A DNA stretch of 64,000 bases from Zootoca vivipara. Taxonomy: Eukaryota. A program made the translations under genes and the position numbers. How positions within the stretch are numbered: the stretch's first letter is position 1; each line of letters opens with the position of its first letter. Location: the NCBI RefSeq assembly GCF_963506605.1, contig NC_083285.1, positions 43,152,001 through 43,216,000 of the forward strand, read 5' to 3'. The notes under the pieces were generated by a model that did no database searches, was not told the origin of the DNA, and saw nothing but the letters and a program-made list of their open reading frames with translations. Of this stretch, positions 36,423 to 49,280 are shown one piece after another.

Positions 36423-39400
36423 TTACACATTATGACCACCATATGAAAATCACATGAAAACTGCTCCACGTGGCAAGCTGTTGATGTGCAATGGCTGATT
36501 CCATGAATTAGGTGATTTCCCCCGTGGGCCAATGTTTGCTCATAACGAGATGCTGAAAATCACCCAGTCTGATGTAGATGAACGGCTCACCTGATGGCCA
36601 CTCCCCCTACTGATATATTTGCAACTACCTTGGTTTAATGGCGGCAATGATGATGTATAAAACTGGCCCTAAATGATCCAACGCTGACCCCCAGTACGTG
36701 GCGAGAGCTAAAAGTGAAAGGAGCAAGATCAATCATGCTGCAACACTTGAAGCACTAAAAGGCTTGTTACAGCATGAGCCACATCTGGTGTGGCACAGGA
36801 TGTGCAAATTGAGAGTGCTTCAGCCTGCAGAAGCCTTCGTGGACCAGAGGCCATACATGTGCCCCCTGCAGAACAGAAACACAGAACGCAGTGCTGGCTA
36901 AGTGAAGCCCATGAATGGTCCTGGGCCCCCCGCAAATGCACAGCCCTCCCTGCCAGCTGGTGGTGAAAACCCTGAAAAGGGGGGAGGAGAGAAGAACCCT
37001 GGAAAGTGTTCCCCATCAGATGTAGTATGCAAACTGGTGCTTGGTCAAAAATCAGCTTGGGGGGAGGCCTCCTGTTAGTTCCCTTTTACCCAAGTCTTTA
37101 CCTGAGTGCTTGGCGACTTCCAAAATTCAAGAGCAATTTATTCCCCCCCCCCTTCCTTAGATCCGAGATGCAAGACAGGCCTGGATGGAAGTGGGGTTCG
37201 CTACGTGCAAGGATGGATGGATGGTGGTAGGAATACAACGGGCTTTTGATTTTCACATCTCTTTATTTTACCTCATGAGTCATGTCATCATGTTCTCAGG
37301 CGCTGAGTAACTGCCGGGTCTATTTTTACTCTTGTTCAGCAGGCTTCCTTTCCTCAGCGGCTGCTGCGTGAAGAGGTGAAGGACAGGAGAATGGTGAGTT
37401 GGGGGAAACGGGTGGGTTATAAGAGATGGGCTTGGGTGGTGGGTGGAAAAGGGGGGGAGCTGAAGGTGTTTCCTACCCTCCTCAAGTTTGGGGGGGGAGT
37501 ATGTTTATTATCCCCAAAGAACAGGGTGTGATGTGTTATATGTCAAAAATCGACATATATATTGTTAAATTGATGGTAGCAAGGAAGAGAGTAGGGGGAG
37601 ATATTCCTTTTCCAGTGCTATTTGGTACTTCGGAAAAATAAAGAAGGAAAACAGGACATTCTCCCCCCCCCCTTCCATCAAAACAGGAAAGAGGTGATGG
37701 AGGGGGAGAAGGGGGGTGTACCCATCATTAAATGCTCCTCCCGGTGCAGGAAAAGAGTTCTATAATGTCCTGAAGCCAGAGAAAGAGAGAGAGAGAGAGA
37801 AATGAATGGAGTGGTGTGCATGTGTGTCATTGTACAGGGGAAGGGTTTTTAATCCCCAGCTCATAAAAATACACAGGCATCAGCGTATATCAGCTCACCC
37901 CACACCCCTCCAGGGACAGCCTTAATTTCCCCTATGCTTTCACTTATGAAGGAGACTTACGAAGCAATCCTATGTTCCAGTTTTGTCGAAGGGGGCTGGG
38001 AAAATACGTGACTGTTTTCCCCGTTGAATGGCCACCATCTCCTGTGCATGCAAAGCTTGGGAAAGAAGGGGGAAACGAACCATTAATCCCCACCCCCCCA
38101 AAGGGCATAGAAAGAGCAGGCGCCCCCACCTTGAAACACCTCCAAAGCCTGCCATCAGGGCAAGGGGACACACCCCCTGCACGCCATGGCAGCACAAAAC
38201 AATGCCCCCACTCTGTCACCTCCATAATTATCTTCCGACCACTGAAGACAACCAATTGGGTTGAAACGCATGTGGACTTCAACACATTTTGTTATCTGTT
38301 GTCATATAATTATTTTGGTCAGGCTTTTTTTCAAATAACAAGTCTTTAAAAAATCCCTACCCAATTTAATTTTGGAGTCTGGCTTTGCAGGTTGGGGGTC
38401 AACATAGCCTGTTTTGATCATTCTGCCAGAGTGATATGCAAACCTACAGGCTTTCTCTGTTGTGCTGGTGGCAGTTCTGTGGGAGTCACAGGGCTGCCAC
38501 CTAACCTGATGTAACCCCGCCTCCAGCTGGAATAACTTGAATATTATGTCCTTAGGTTGCAATACTATACACACCTATCTGGAAGTCTCATTAGACTTAA
38601 TAGGGCTTACCTCTGGGTAGCTATTCATAAGACTGCAAGGTAAGGCAGAAGAGTCAAGTTGATCCATCATGGATCAGGTGCTCCTTAGAGAACTCTTCAG
38701 CCATCCAAGGGGTCTAGTAATCAAATCTTCTCATTACTTCCAATGCATTCCAGTGATAAAACAGGGATCCTCGTCCACTTTAGTGACTATATGCAACCAG
38801 AGGATGGTATTCCTAGGTCAATAAATACAGAGTTCAGAGGTGTGACAACTCTGCTGGTGGCATGTCCTGCACTCAGGTCCTGCTTAGGTAGATAAGATAA
38901 GCTTAGATAGACTAGATAAGCATCTAGTCAGCCAGGGCTCTTCTGATGTTCTTATGCAGCAAATCTCCACTTAGGTGGCATCTTGCTCAGTAGCTTTATA
39001 ATCCTTTGATACCTGAAAAGACTGAGCTCAAATGTCTTTTTTATGCTTCCAGTTCCTAGAATTCACCATAGTCTATTCAAATGCAAAGCACCCTTTAATT
39101 CTCTAATCCACTATGTCAACACGCCCCTGCTTTACGCCTAAAATGCTGCCTTTGGGCTACGATTTCCCAAACACCCTGCCCTAGGCTAACTGAGCAATCA
39201 TTTCCACGAAAAATGGCTTGCAATGCATCCTTTGGGTATAATTCTCGCAACAATCCTGCAATCCCTGTTGCAAAGGGAGGTGGGGGCTGAAGCTGCAAGA
39301 GATTGGCTTGCCTACAGCCACCTAATGAGTTTATTACACAGGGGAGAGTCAAAGCAGCAGGATCTTCCTGATTTGTAGATCAGTCTCTTAGCCACTCTGC

Positions 39401-39440
39401 TACAATGGCACTCTATGAGCCATAGATGTGGAACCATAAG

Positions 39441-40340
39441 TTGTTGCTGTTGTTGTTTAGTCGTTTAGTCGTGTCCGACTCTTCGTGACCCCATGGACCA
39501 GAGCACGCCAGGCACTCCTGTCTTCCACTGCCTCCCGCAGTCAGACTCATGTTGGTAGCTTTGAGAACACTGTCCAACCATCTCGTTCTCTGTCGTCCCC
39601 TTCTCCTAGTGCCCTCCATCTTTCCCAACATCAGGGTCTTTTCCAGGGAGTCTTCTCTTCTCATGAGGTGGCTCAAGTATTGGAGCCTCAGCTTCAGGAT
39701 CTGTCCTTCCAGTGAGGACTCAGGGCTGATTTCCTTCAGAATGGATAGGTTTGATCTTCTTGCAGTTCATAGGACTCTCAAGGGTCTCCTCCAGCACCAT
39801 AATTCAAAAGCATCAATTCTTTGGCGATCAGCCTTCTTTATGGTTCAGCTCCCACTTCCATACATCACTACTGGGAAAACCATAGCTTTAACTATATGGA
39901 CCTTTGTTGGCAAGGTAATGTCTCTGCTTTTTAAGATGCTGTCTAGGTTTGTCATTGCTTTTCTCCCAAGAAGCAGCCATCTTTTAATTTCGTGACCGCT
40001 GTCACCATCTGCAGTGATCATGGAACCCAAGAAAGTAAAATCTCTCACTGCCTCCATTTCTTCCCCTTCTATTTGCCAGGAGGTGATGGGACCAGTGACT
40101 TAGTTTTTTTGATGTTGAGCTTCAGACCATATTTTGCGCTCTCCTCTTTCACCCTCATTAAAAGGTTCTTTAATTCCTCCTTGCTTTCTGCCATCAAGGT
40201 TGTGTCATCAGCATATCTGAGGTTGTTGGTATTTCCTCCGGCAATCTTAATTCCGGCTTGGGATTCATCCAGTCCAGCCTTTCGCATGATGAATTTTGCA
40301 TATAAGTTAAATAAGCAGGGAGACAATATACGTAAGACTT
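39441..40340 (-). mobile_element. BovB LINE 3' fragment
   Basis: NNLRYADDTTLMAE RT motif on minus strand; (CAA)n tail; TSD AACCATAAG. Confidence 0.95.
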
Positions 40341-42543
40341 AACCATAAGAACCATAAGTCTTGCCCCCAAAGCCACTGGAAGAACCCACCTAGATTAAGC
40401 CAAAGGCCTACCTAGTCTAGCATCCTGTTTCACACAGTGTTCAAACCACTGATCTCCAGTCCCTCCCTTGATGCCTTATAGCTCAAACAAAGCATGCAAG
40501 CCAAGTTCTATGGATTTCTTAAATTTTACTTTCTGGCAGAGGAGCTGTGGTTCTCTCCTAATTGAAAGGCAGAGGAAGCCACCGCAGCTAATGGTGCCAT
40601 TAGCTTCAAAAAGAGGATTAGGCTTTAAAATGGATGGCTTTAAAAGAGAAGGCGAATTCAAGGAGGATAAGGCTATCAACAAGCCACACAATGGCTATGT
40701 TCTACCTCCACCTTCAGAGCTGGCATGTCTCTGAATCCCAGCTGCTGGGAATCACAGGTAGACAAAGTGCTGTTGTGCTCATGTCCTGCTTGAAGGTTTC
40801 CCATGGGCGTCTCGTTGGCCACTGTGAGAACAGGGTGCAGTAGGACTGCATTCATAAGAACGGCCTTTACAGCAAGGTACTCAAACAGTACTCAAACATG
40901 CACAAGCAAGCTCCTCTTTCTCCACCTCATCTCTCAGTTTGCAATAAAAGGGATGTAGCCCTCCATATGTTCTTGGACCCCAGCTCCCAGTAGCCCCAGT
41001 CAACAGGGCCAATGACCTGGGGAGATGGGGTCGTAGTCGAACAGCATCTAGAGAGCCCCAGGTTCCCCACCCCCATTGTAAGGATTACTGAGGCACTGAA
41101 GAAGAGTTTGGATCTGATAGCCCGCTTTATTACTACCCTAAGGAGTCTCAAAGCGGCTAACAATCTCCTTTCCCTTCCTCCCCCACAACAAACACTCTGT
41201 GAAGTGAGTGAGGCTGAGAGACTTCAGAGAAGTGTGACCAGCCCAAGGTCAGCCAGCAGCTGCATGTGGAGGAGCAGGGAAGCGAACCCGGTTCACCCGA
41301 TTACGAATCCACTGGCTCTCACCACGCTGGCTCTCAATGTAATGTTTACTGAATGTAAAGCAGCAGCATTAAAAACAAACATAGCAAACACACTCTGCAC
41401 ACAAGTTCAAGCAGCTTGAAGTATTCACTTTTAGTTTGGGAAAAAATAGATCAAAACAAGCATGCAAGAACATTTTAAGTTGTCAATGAAAACCAACCTG
41501 AGTTGGAGACTGGTGATGGGGGAGAACCAGGCGAGTGTCCAGTGGTTTGGCGCCATTTCTCCTGGTTCAGTGAGGAGAATGTATGTGAGTAGGGAGGTCT
41601 GGGAACCTCCTTGCATAGTGATCTATCCATGTCATTTGCACACTTCACTTAAGAACAACCCAAGCTGATGTTTTGGTTTCAATAACCCTGCAAAATAGGA
41701 GATGGTGAAAGGCACTGACCTGCCTAAGGACACCCAATGAGATGGCAGCTGAGCAAGGATTTGAACTTGGTCTTCCCATCCAAAGCCCAGCTCTGTGGCA
41801 CTCCACAAGGTACCCTCTATACATACTATACTATACATTATCTGGCCACCTCCCTCCCTCCACCTTGTCCAAATCTGGCCTGGAACCCTTCTAAAGATTT
41901 CTCAGGGAAAGACAATCTGTTCCCTTCCCATGTTAAATAAATAGTTACTGAAATCCTTAAAAGCCTTTGAATATTATTTACTTCTGGCCCCATCCAGTGC
42001 TATAGGTGGACAGTCTTGTTTCCAAACATCCTTTTCCTCATTGTCTGAAGAATCAGTAAGAATTAGCTTCTCTACAGCCATGCTTCTAAAAATTCCTCTC
42101 AGCATCATCCACGTGTAAATAAATAACCTTCTTCCCATCTCAGCTCCCACGTAATTAAACCGGATTTGGAGAAGACAGTGTGCCAAGGGCTCAAAAACGT
42201 AACCTGAGATTTCCTATATTCTTGTGTCACAAGTGCCACTTTTAAATTTGTCCTGGACTCTACACATGCTCCATGTGATACATACATAAAAGGAACTTCA
42301 GAGGACGTCCTACCACAGAACATACTTTTTCCTTAGGGATAATACTGGTGCGGGAGCCTGAGGGCCTCCATGTCTTGCTGGACTTCAGCCCCCAACAGCT
42401 CTAGTTAGCATGACCATTGGCCAGGGATGATGGGAGTTGTAGTTCAACCAAGTATGGAGGGGTATAAGTTCCCTAACTCCAGGATAAGAAGATGGCCATT
42501 TGTGAACTAATATAGTTGAGAAAAACATGCCTAGATGATCCAA

Positions 42544-43219
42544 GGGTGTATGGGGTGTTAGAAGAGGGGTAGTACCTCTGGTGGGGGACACAGATCATGA
42601 TTCTTTTGGGGTAGCTTGTCCACCTTTGGTCGCCAGCATGCACTCAGCTCTCACCTGTGGCTCCTAGAAATGGCTTTGACTGGCCAGCTAAACGAGGTGA
42701 TGGTAGTGGATGGGTCTCAACCCCTCGGTGAGCTAGGGACTTCCCCCATGTGCGAAGACAGGATTAGTGGATTGAGCGAATAAGACCAATCGTGAGCCCA
42801 ACAGAAAAGAAGGCCATTTCTGCACAAGCTGTAGAGGGAAGTGAGAGGCAGATGGGGCAGACCTGGGAAGGTAGCCCATTTAGGAGAAGGAAGTCTCTGA
42901 TCCTTAACCTCAGCTGCCTTGCAGGATATCTTTGGGAGAAGAAAAGGCTAAGGAGTAAACCTTACACAAATCCAGAATGTACGCCTCCTTCCAACAACTC
43001 CTACAAGCCAAGCTGGTGCCAAATGTATTGCTCTGCTTTCTTTTGGACCACATCAGTGAGGCCGAAAGGGGGTCGTCGTCTGAGCAGCCCAGGACCTCCA
43101 TAAACACTGCCCAGGCTTGCGACCCAGAGAGGTCACTTCAATGCTGCTAACACAGTGGTTTGGTTTCACTCCCGGAAGTGCACTCCATTCTTTCTCAAGA
43201 CAGACGGATGCCAACAATC
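42544..43219 (+). mobile_element. Non-coding, probably RTE-derived non-autonomous retroelement (676 bp)
   Basis: 10-bp TSD GATGATCCAA; short CAACAA tail; internal GCCCATTTAGGAGAAGGAAGTCTCTGA resembles an RTE 5'UTR motif; no tRNA head. Confidence 0.6.
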
Positions 43220-43255
43220 GATGATCCAACAGCACAAACCTATGCATACCTAGTA

Positions 43256-43610
43256 AGGTAAAGGTAAAGGGACCCTTGAGCATTAGGTCCAGTCGTGACC
43301 AACTCTGGGGTTGCGGCGCTCATCTCGCATTATTGGCCGAGGGAGCCGGCGTACAGCTTCCAGGTCATGTGGACAGCATGACTAAGCCACTTCTGGCGAA
43401 CCAGAGCAACGCATGGAAATGCCGTTTACCTTCCCGCTGCAGCGGTACCTATTTATCTACTTGCACTTTGGCGTGCTTTCGAACTTCTAGGTTGTCAGGA
43501 GCTGGGACTGAGCAATGGGAGCTCACCCTGTTGCGGGGATTCGAATCGCCGATCTTCTGATCGGCAAGCCCTAGGCTCTGTGGTTTAACCCACAGCGCCA
43601 CCCGCGTCCC
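43256..43610 (-). mobile_element. Sauria SINE
   Basis: Head GGGACGCGGGTGGCGCTGTGGGTTAAACC on minus strand; TSD TGCAT(A/G)CCTAGTAAG. Confidence 0.9.
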
Positions 43611-44010
43611 CTGCATGCCTAGTAAGTCCCACTAAATTCAACAGGGTTTACTCAATGGCAGGTGCACATGGAACTGCAGCCTAAAGGAACAGTAAAGGTA
43701 TAGGTAAATGACCCCGGATAGTTAGGTCCAATCAAAGGGGACCTAGTCTAAAATGGTAGGGCTATTAGCACCTTTTAAAGTACAAGTAATGTAGCCACTA
43801 TGGTAATTGATTTGGCCCAGAAATTAACCAAATGAACAAAACAAAATATACCAATTGCACATACATGTGCAAGGCATATTGTCTTGACTTTCAGCTACAT
43901 GTGTCATTAGCACATATTAATAAGGGTAAGGCTCTTTAGGCGGTGCTCCGACTGATTTCAATGGAATGTCCAAGGAATTGCACAGCAGATTATTAAAATA
44001 TACACAATAT

Positions 44011-44188
44011 CAGTGCTATTTTTCTGGGGGTACGCAGCGGTACTCATACCCCTAAACAATTTGTGAATCTTTGTACTTTCGTCCATTTACTGTATTTATG
44101 TTTCCTATTTTGAACTATAAAATGGTGATTTTCTTGAGTCAAAATGAGAGTACATACCTCTAAACATTTTTAAAGAAAAAAAGCACTG
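44011..44188. mobile_element. hAT MITE (178 bp)
   Basis: TIR CAGTGCTATTTTT/AAAAAAGCACTG; perfect 8-bp TSD CACAATAT. Confidence 0.88.
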
Positions 44189-44235
44189 CACAATATACTA
44201 CTTTTCCTTCAGAATGCACAAAGCAGTATACCGTC

Positions 44236-44272
<37 letters not shown>
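44236..44272. repeat. (AAT)n microsatellite
   Basis: About 12 AAT units. Confidence 0.95.
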
Positions 44273-44274
<2 letters not shown>

Positions 44275-44813
44275 CTATAATAAAAACATCCAAGTCCACA
44301 GGTTTATTTTTCAAAGTCCATATAAAAAGAATTGACATGTACACTCATTTTTACATTCTTCAAAACTGCAATTTTATTTATATCCTGCCTTTTCTGTAAA
44401 ATAGATAATCAACACTGCTAACAGAAAACCAGCCAGTAAACATGTAATAAAACAGTACAATACAAACAGCATTACTAAAATCTCCCAAAAGAAAACAACA
44501 CCTACCATAGTTGCTCCGACAGGCATTCAAATTTAATAATGTTTCTTCTCATCTCTAATCTGTAAAGTACGTTTCAGATCCAGAGACCCTGTTATACCAG
44601 TGTTAAAAGATACACAAAAGCTTCTTCAGACTATCAGTATTTTGCTGGAGGGATGCAAGCATGTATTCAAAATTTATGTTTCCACATTTAAAGTGGATTA
44701 AGGTGCTCCATTTCCCTAGTGAAACAAAACCACTTTTTTAAAAAAAAAAAAAACACACACACAGGCTTTTTGAGTTTGGGGAAATGAATTGAAAAGTGTG
44801 GGGTGAATGAATA

Positions 44814-45017
44814 CAGTGGTACCTTGGTTCCCGAAGGGCTTAGATGTAAGTGTTCCGGTTTGCAAACGTTTTTCGGAAGCTGAATGTCCGACGTGGCTTC
44901 AGATTGAGTGCAGGAAGCTCCTGCAGCCAATCGCAAGTCGTGCCTTGGTTTTCGAATGGTTTGGGGAGTCGAATGGACTCCCGGAATGGATTAAATTCGA
45001 GAACCAAGGTACCACTG
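44814..45017. mobile_element. Tc1/mariner MITE
   Basis: TA|CAGTGGTACCTTGGTTC...GAACCAAGGTACCACTG|TA. Confidence 0.9.
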
Positions 45018-45043
45018 TAATGGTAAGCAACAAGCAGACCAGG

Positions 45044-45225
45044 ATCATAGAATCATAGAGTTGGAAGAGACCACAAGGGCCATCCAGTCCAACCCCCTGC
45101 CAAGCAGGAAACACCATCAAAGCATTCCTGACATATGGCTGCCAAGCCTCTGCTTAAAGACCTCCAAAGAAGGAGACTCCACCACACTCCTTGGCAGCAA
45201 ATTCCACTGTTGAACAGCTCTTACA
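45044..45225 (-). mobile_element. CR1 LINE 3' end
   Basis: CATAGAATCATAGAGTTGGAAGAGACC is the reverse of the CR1 (ATTCTATG)n tail. Confidence 0.85.
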
Positions 45226-48200
45226 GAGAGATAGGCAATATCTCTCTGAATACCGGCTGCTGATGATCACAGGTGGGTAGAGCACTGTTGCCCTCACGCC
45301 CAGCTTGCAGACTGCCCACAGGCATTTGGTTGGCCACTGTGAGAACAGAATGCTGGGCTAGAGGGGCCTGATCCAGCAGGCTCTTCTTGTGTTCTTACAG
45401 AAGAATGCTCATTGTCGTAAACCTGGCTTACAAACAAATCAGAACAAATGCTCAATAAAGACTGGATATAATTTAACTGGCTATAATGCAAAATTTGGTG
45501 AGAGATATAGATGTTTTGTAAACCATTGCCACATGAATCTGGGATATAACCGGCTTCAGAGACATTTATTTTGGCAATTAATGATTTATGTAAATTCTAT
45601 GGGTTATGATTTATTTGGAAAATAAAATATAATGATGATCTTAAAAAAACAAAGACCAGGCATAAACTAACTTGTACATAAGCTTTCTGCAAGCATATTA
45701 GGATGAATGCTGAACAAACAGGTTGTCCAGAAGGGTTGCAGTCTGTGTAGTTTGGCCTTCAGAACTTGTTAGGAAAGTTCGATTGAGACTTATCCCACAA
45801 GAGGACTTGGTGAGAGCCCTCTGCCCGCCTGTGGTTTCCCACAACTGGTATTCAGCAGCATGGCTGCCTCCAACTGTGGAGGCAGAACATAGCCTTGAAG
45901 GCTAGTAGCCATAGTTAGCCCTCTCCTCCATGAATTTGACAAACCCTCTTTTAAGTCCCTCTAGAGTAGTGGCCATCCTTGCCTCCTGTCACTTCTGCAT
46001 TTTCTTGTGACGTAGTTCTCCAGCACTACTAGGAACACAGGAAGCGACCTTGCACTGAGTCACATCATTGGACCATCGAGCCGAGCATTTGTCTACATTG
46101 GCTGGCAGGAGTTCTCCAGGGTTTCAGGCAGGAGTCTCTCTAGGTCTCCCTGGGTATTGAACCTGGGACCTTCTGTATGCAACAGCAAATGCTGCACTGC
46201 TGAGCCATGGCTCTGTTAGATAATCCATATAAAAGAGGGCCTGGGGATGCATGTATCCAGTTCAGCTATGCATGGTAATGTAAATCTTTGAATCCTGAGG
46301 CTGTACTGGATTACGTGGAATCACAATGGAGCCTTTAAGGAAATGAATGGCTAAGTCAGTCTGCCAGACAATGGCAGAGCCTCAGGGAATGCCTTGATGG
46401 GTCTTGGGGCACCACACAGATAGCAGACTCAGTGTTCTGACTGTAATGAAATTCTGGTGTTGGTGGTTGAGTGCCTGTCACAGCTGATACAGAAGCAGGC
46501 TGTCAGCTTTAGCATGAGATGTCTGTGCTCCGCTTAATTTTTGCACTGTAAAGTATTTCTAAATCCCAGAGGTATAAAGCTGAAATTAGAGCATGCTCTA
46601 TAATCCAACATGTGTCTGACTATATCTCTGTGACAGAAAAAGAGAATGAGGTAGCTGTGTCATTCTCTAACATGTGTGAGCTGTCTGGATAGGGTATGTG
46701 TGGGCTTTTCTGGCTAAGAGGGTGTTGGTGCATCTATGTAACTTTATGGTGCTTTTATTTAAAACAGGAGGCACTCTTGGACTAAAAAAACCCCTGCCAA
46801 CTCTCCCTGCAACCACCACATAACCCATTTCCTCCCAGCAAAAAACACTTCCTTGTTGAATCCTTGATTACATCAACACCAAAAGGGGTGAAGAAATGAT
46901 AACAGTGAAATAACTCAAGAGAGAAAGGGAAGTGTGGGAACATCCCTCCGCTTACAGTGAGGTTTCCTCAAAGCCAGGGGAGGTGTAATCATGACCCCTT
47001 GTCTCCTGCACCTGTGTCAAGACAGCATCTTACCCAACTTTTTCTGCAAAAAAGCGCCCAAACACAAAGGCTGTGCACACACTCCTGATTACTCTGCATC
47101 CAGTGCACTCCAGTTGCTGGTTTCTGAATCCATGTGCTTTAATGTATTTTAATGTTTGTTGGAAGCCGCCCAGAGTGCAGAGTTGTTATTATTATTAAGA
47201 CGTGAGCCCCTATCCACATCTATCCTGCAGTGTCTTGAGAAACACTGCTTTCTGATGCATTTCCCACCCCCCAACCAGCTTTGATTCAATTTGAAAACAT
47301 AAGCCATTTGAAGACATCCACACACACCCTCTGCTCACTGGTGTGCACAGACAGCAACTTGGAAACTCACCCAACCGTACTGTTACATATGATGATGTGG
47401 AAATGTGATTTGAAGCACAGAGGGCAGGGGTAATGACTTCACTGTGTTTTAAGCCAGTACTGTAATGTGTACACAACCCAACACCAGGGCAAGGGATCGC
47501 CCCAAAGGTGGCTTTACATCAGGAATGGAGAACCTGTGGCCAGGAGTGAGGCGTGTTGTGGTCAAACATCTGGAGCACCACAGGTTCCCCATCCTGGATT
47601 TTAAACATCACTCAGTCTCACGGACCCTTTGTGCAAAGCCTAGAAATCCTCTGCAAGGCAAGGCATGTTAAAGACTCAAGAGGTGGTCTTCAGAAGGGGG
47701 GGGGAATGGCAGGGCAAGGAATGATTCTGCTTTAAAAAAGAAATGATGTGGCTGGCAGCAACCACCACATATGCATGCGGCTTCCAACTGATCCCCTGCA
47801 GCACTGACACTGTGCCCCTCCCCAACTGCAGGATCCTTTTGTGTTTATGTCTATGCATGCACAACATAGTGCAAATTCCACATATGGGACGTGCACTAGA
47901 CCACCCCTGAAATGGCAATAACCTGCAGGAAACCCCTGGCTCAGTCAGAAGCTATGTGATTACATTTGCTCAAGTGTGCTGAGTTGGAGGTGGCTGAACA
48001 TGCAGAAAGTGTTCAGACTAGCGCATCTGACTGTGGATGATCCACACCTGATTTCTCCTCTGCATATTCCTCTCCTGTCTCTCTGATGTCCTTACTCTCC
48101 TAGGCCTTAACCAGCCTTTGACCTTCCCACTCCGAATTCCTACCTTGATCACCTAATGTAGTCATTACACTATAATCATCGAAGTTATGTGTCAGAAAAC

Positions 48201-49184
48201 AGCCATCACCACTCAGTCTAGGTCTCACATGCGGTGGGGCCACAGCTCAATGGGGCACCTAAACTTGGTATGTGGAAGGTCCCAGTTCAATCATAGGCGT
48301 GTCTGGGTGGAAAAAATCTAGATGAGCACTTTAGGTAACCTGTTGGGGGCTGCATCCCCTTGTGGGGTCATCTCTTGGTGGAAAGGACACCAGACCTGCC
48401 CCATAATCTCTTTCTTGTGTGCTCACAAATGCCATCACTTCAGCCTTTCCTGTGGGCAAGGATTCTAAACAGTAAGGCTAGGAAAGACCTTTGCTTGAGA
48501 AGCAATTGCCGAGGGTCTTGAAGCTTTGCCAAATGGGGTATAGATTTAAAGAGATGTGACTGGTATGACTTTTCTATACATGGATGCACAACTGGAGCAG
48601 AGAAAATATAACATTAAACATGCCCTGGTTTAAGTGGGGGGAAATGGTGTTATTATTTCAAAAGAAAATGATGGCTCTGTCTTGCTCTCACCTATTAACT
48701 AATTGCCCCTACTTCCCTCAGCAAATATCTGCTGGCTCGACTTTCCAAAGCTTGGATGTTTATTACATTGTGGAAATGACTATGGAACAAACTGCCTTCC
48801 AGCGCTGAAAGTAATGCCAAGTGCCAACCTTTGCAGGGATCTTGTTGTAACAACTTTTAAAGATTTCTTTGGCTCTCTTCTCCATTAGTATGCAGATCAA
48901 AGATATTAAAAATTCTCTCTTCCTTCAGAACCACTGAGGTGGCAAAGCTGAAAGAACACAAATTAATCTTGTCTTTAAAAAAAAGAAGTAGGCGCTTCAA
49001 GAGAGAATACTAGGTGCCAAGAGCATTTAACTCAACCATGTTCTGATGAGAGCTACCCACCCTCTCTTTATCACAATTTCCCCAGGTTCACCTCTTTGGA
49101 AAACAACGGTGTTCTACATTTGCTGTGTTTGTTATTGAAGATCTTTTAAAAATCTGGAGTGCTGAATTTCCACACCCCTCTCTC

Positions 49185-49280
49185 TTTGATTCACAGCCAA
49201 GAGAGGAGTTCCTGCAAGACCCGTCTCCACCCCTTTCTTGCTCTTCTCTTATAAAAGAAGGAACAACTGAACTGCTAGCA
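49185..49280 (+). promoter_or_regulatory. PDGFB: PDGFB proximal promoter
   Basis: AP-1-like TGATTCA (49187), GTCTCCACCC box (49223), TATAAAA (49250-56), then GGAACAACTGAA; same order as the mammalian c-sis/PDGFB promoter as I recall it. Confidence 0.75.

Noticed and set aside
36647-36688. C/D-box-like ATGATGA...CTGA
   Set aside because: Too short, no terminal stem, not in a recognisable host intron
43050-43075. Hammerhead-like CAGTGAGGCCGAAAGG
   Set aside because: Lacks the CUGANGA core and I cannot build the three stems
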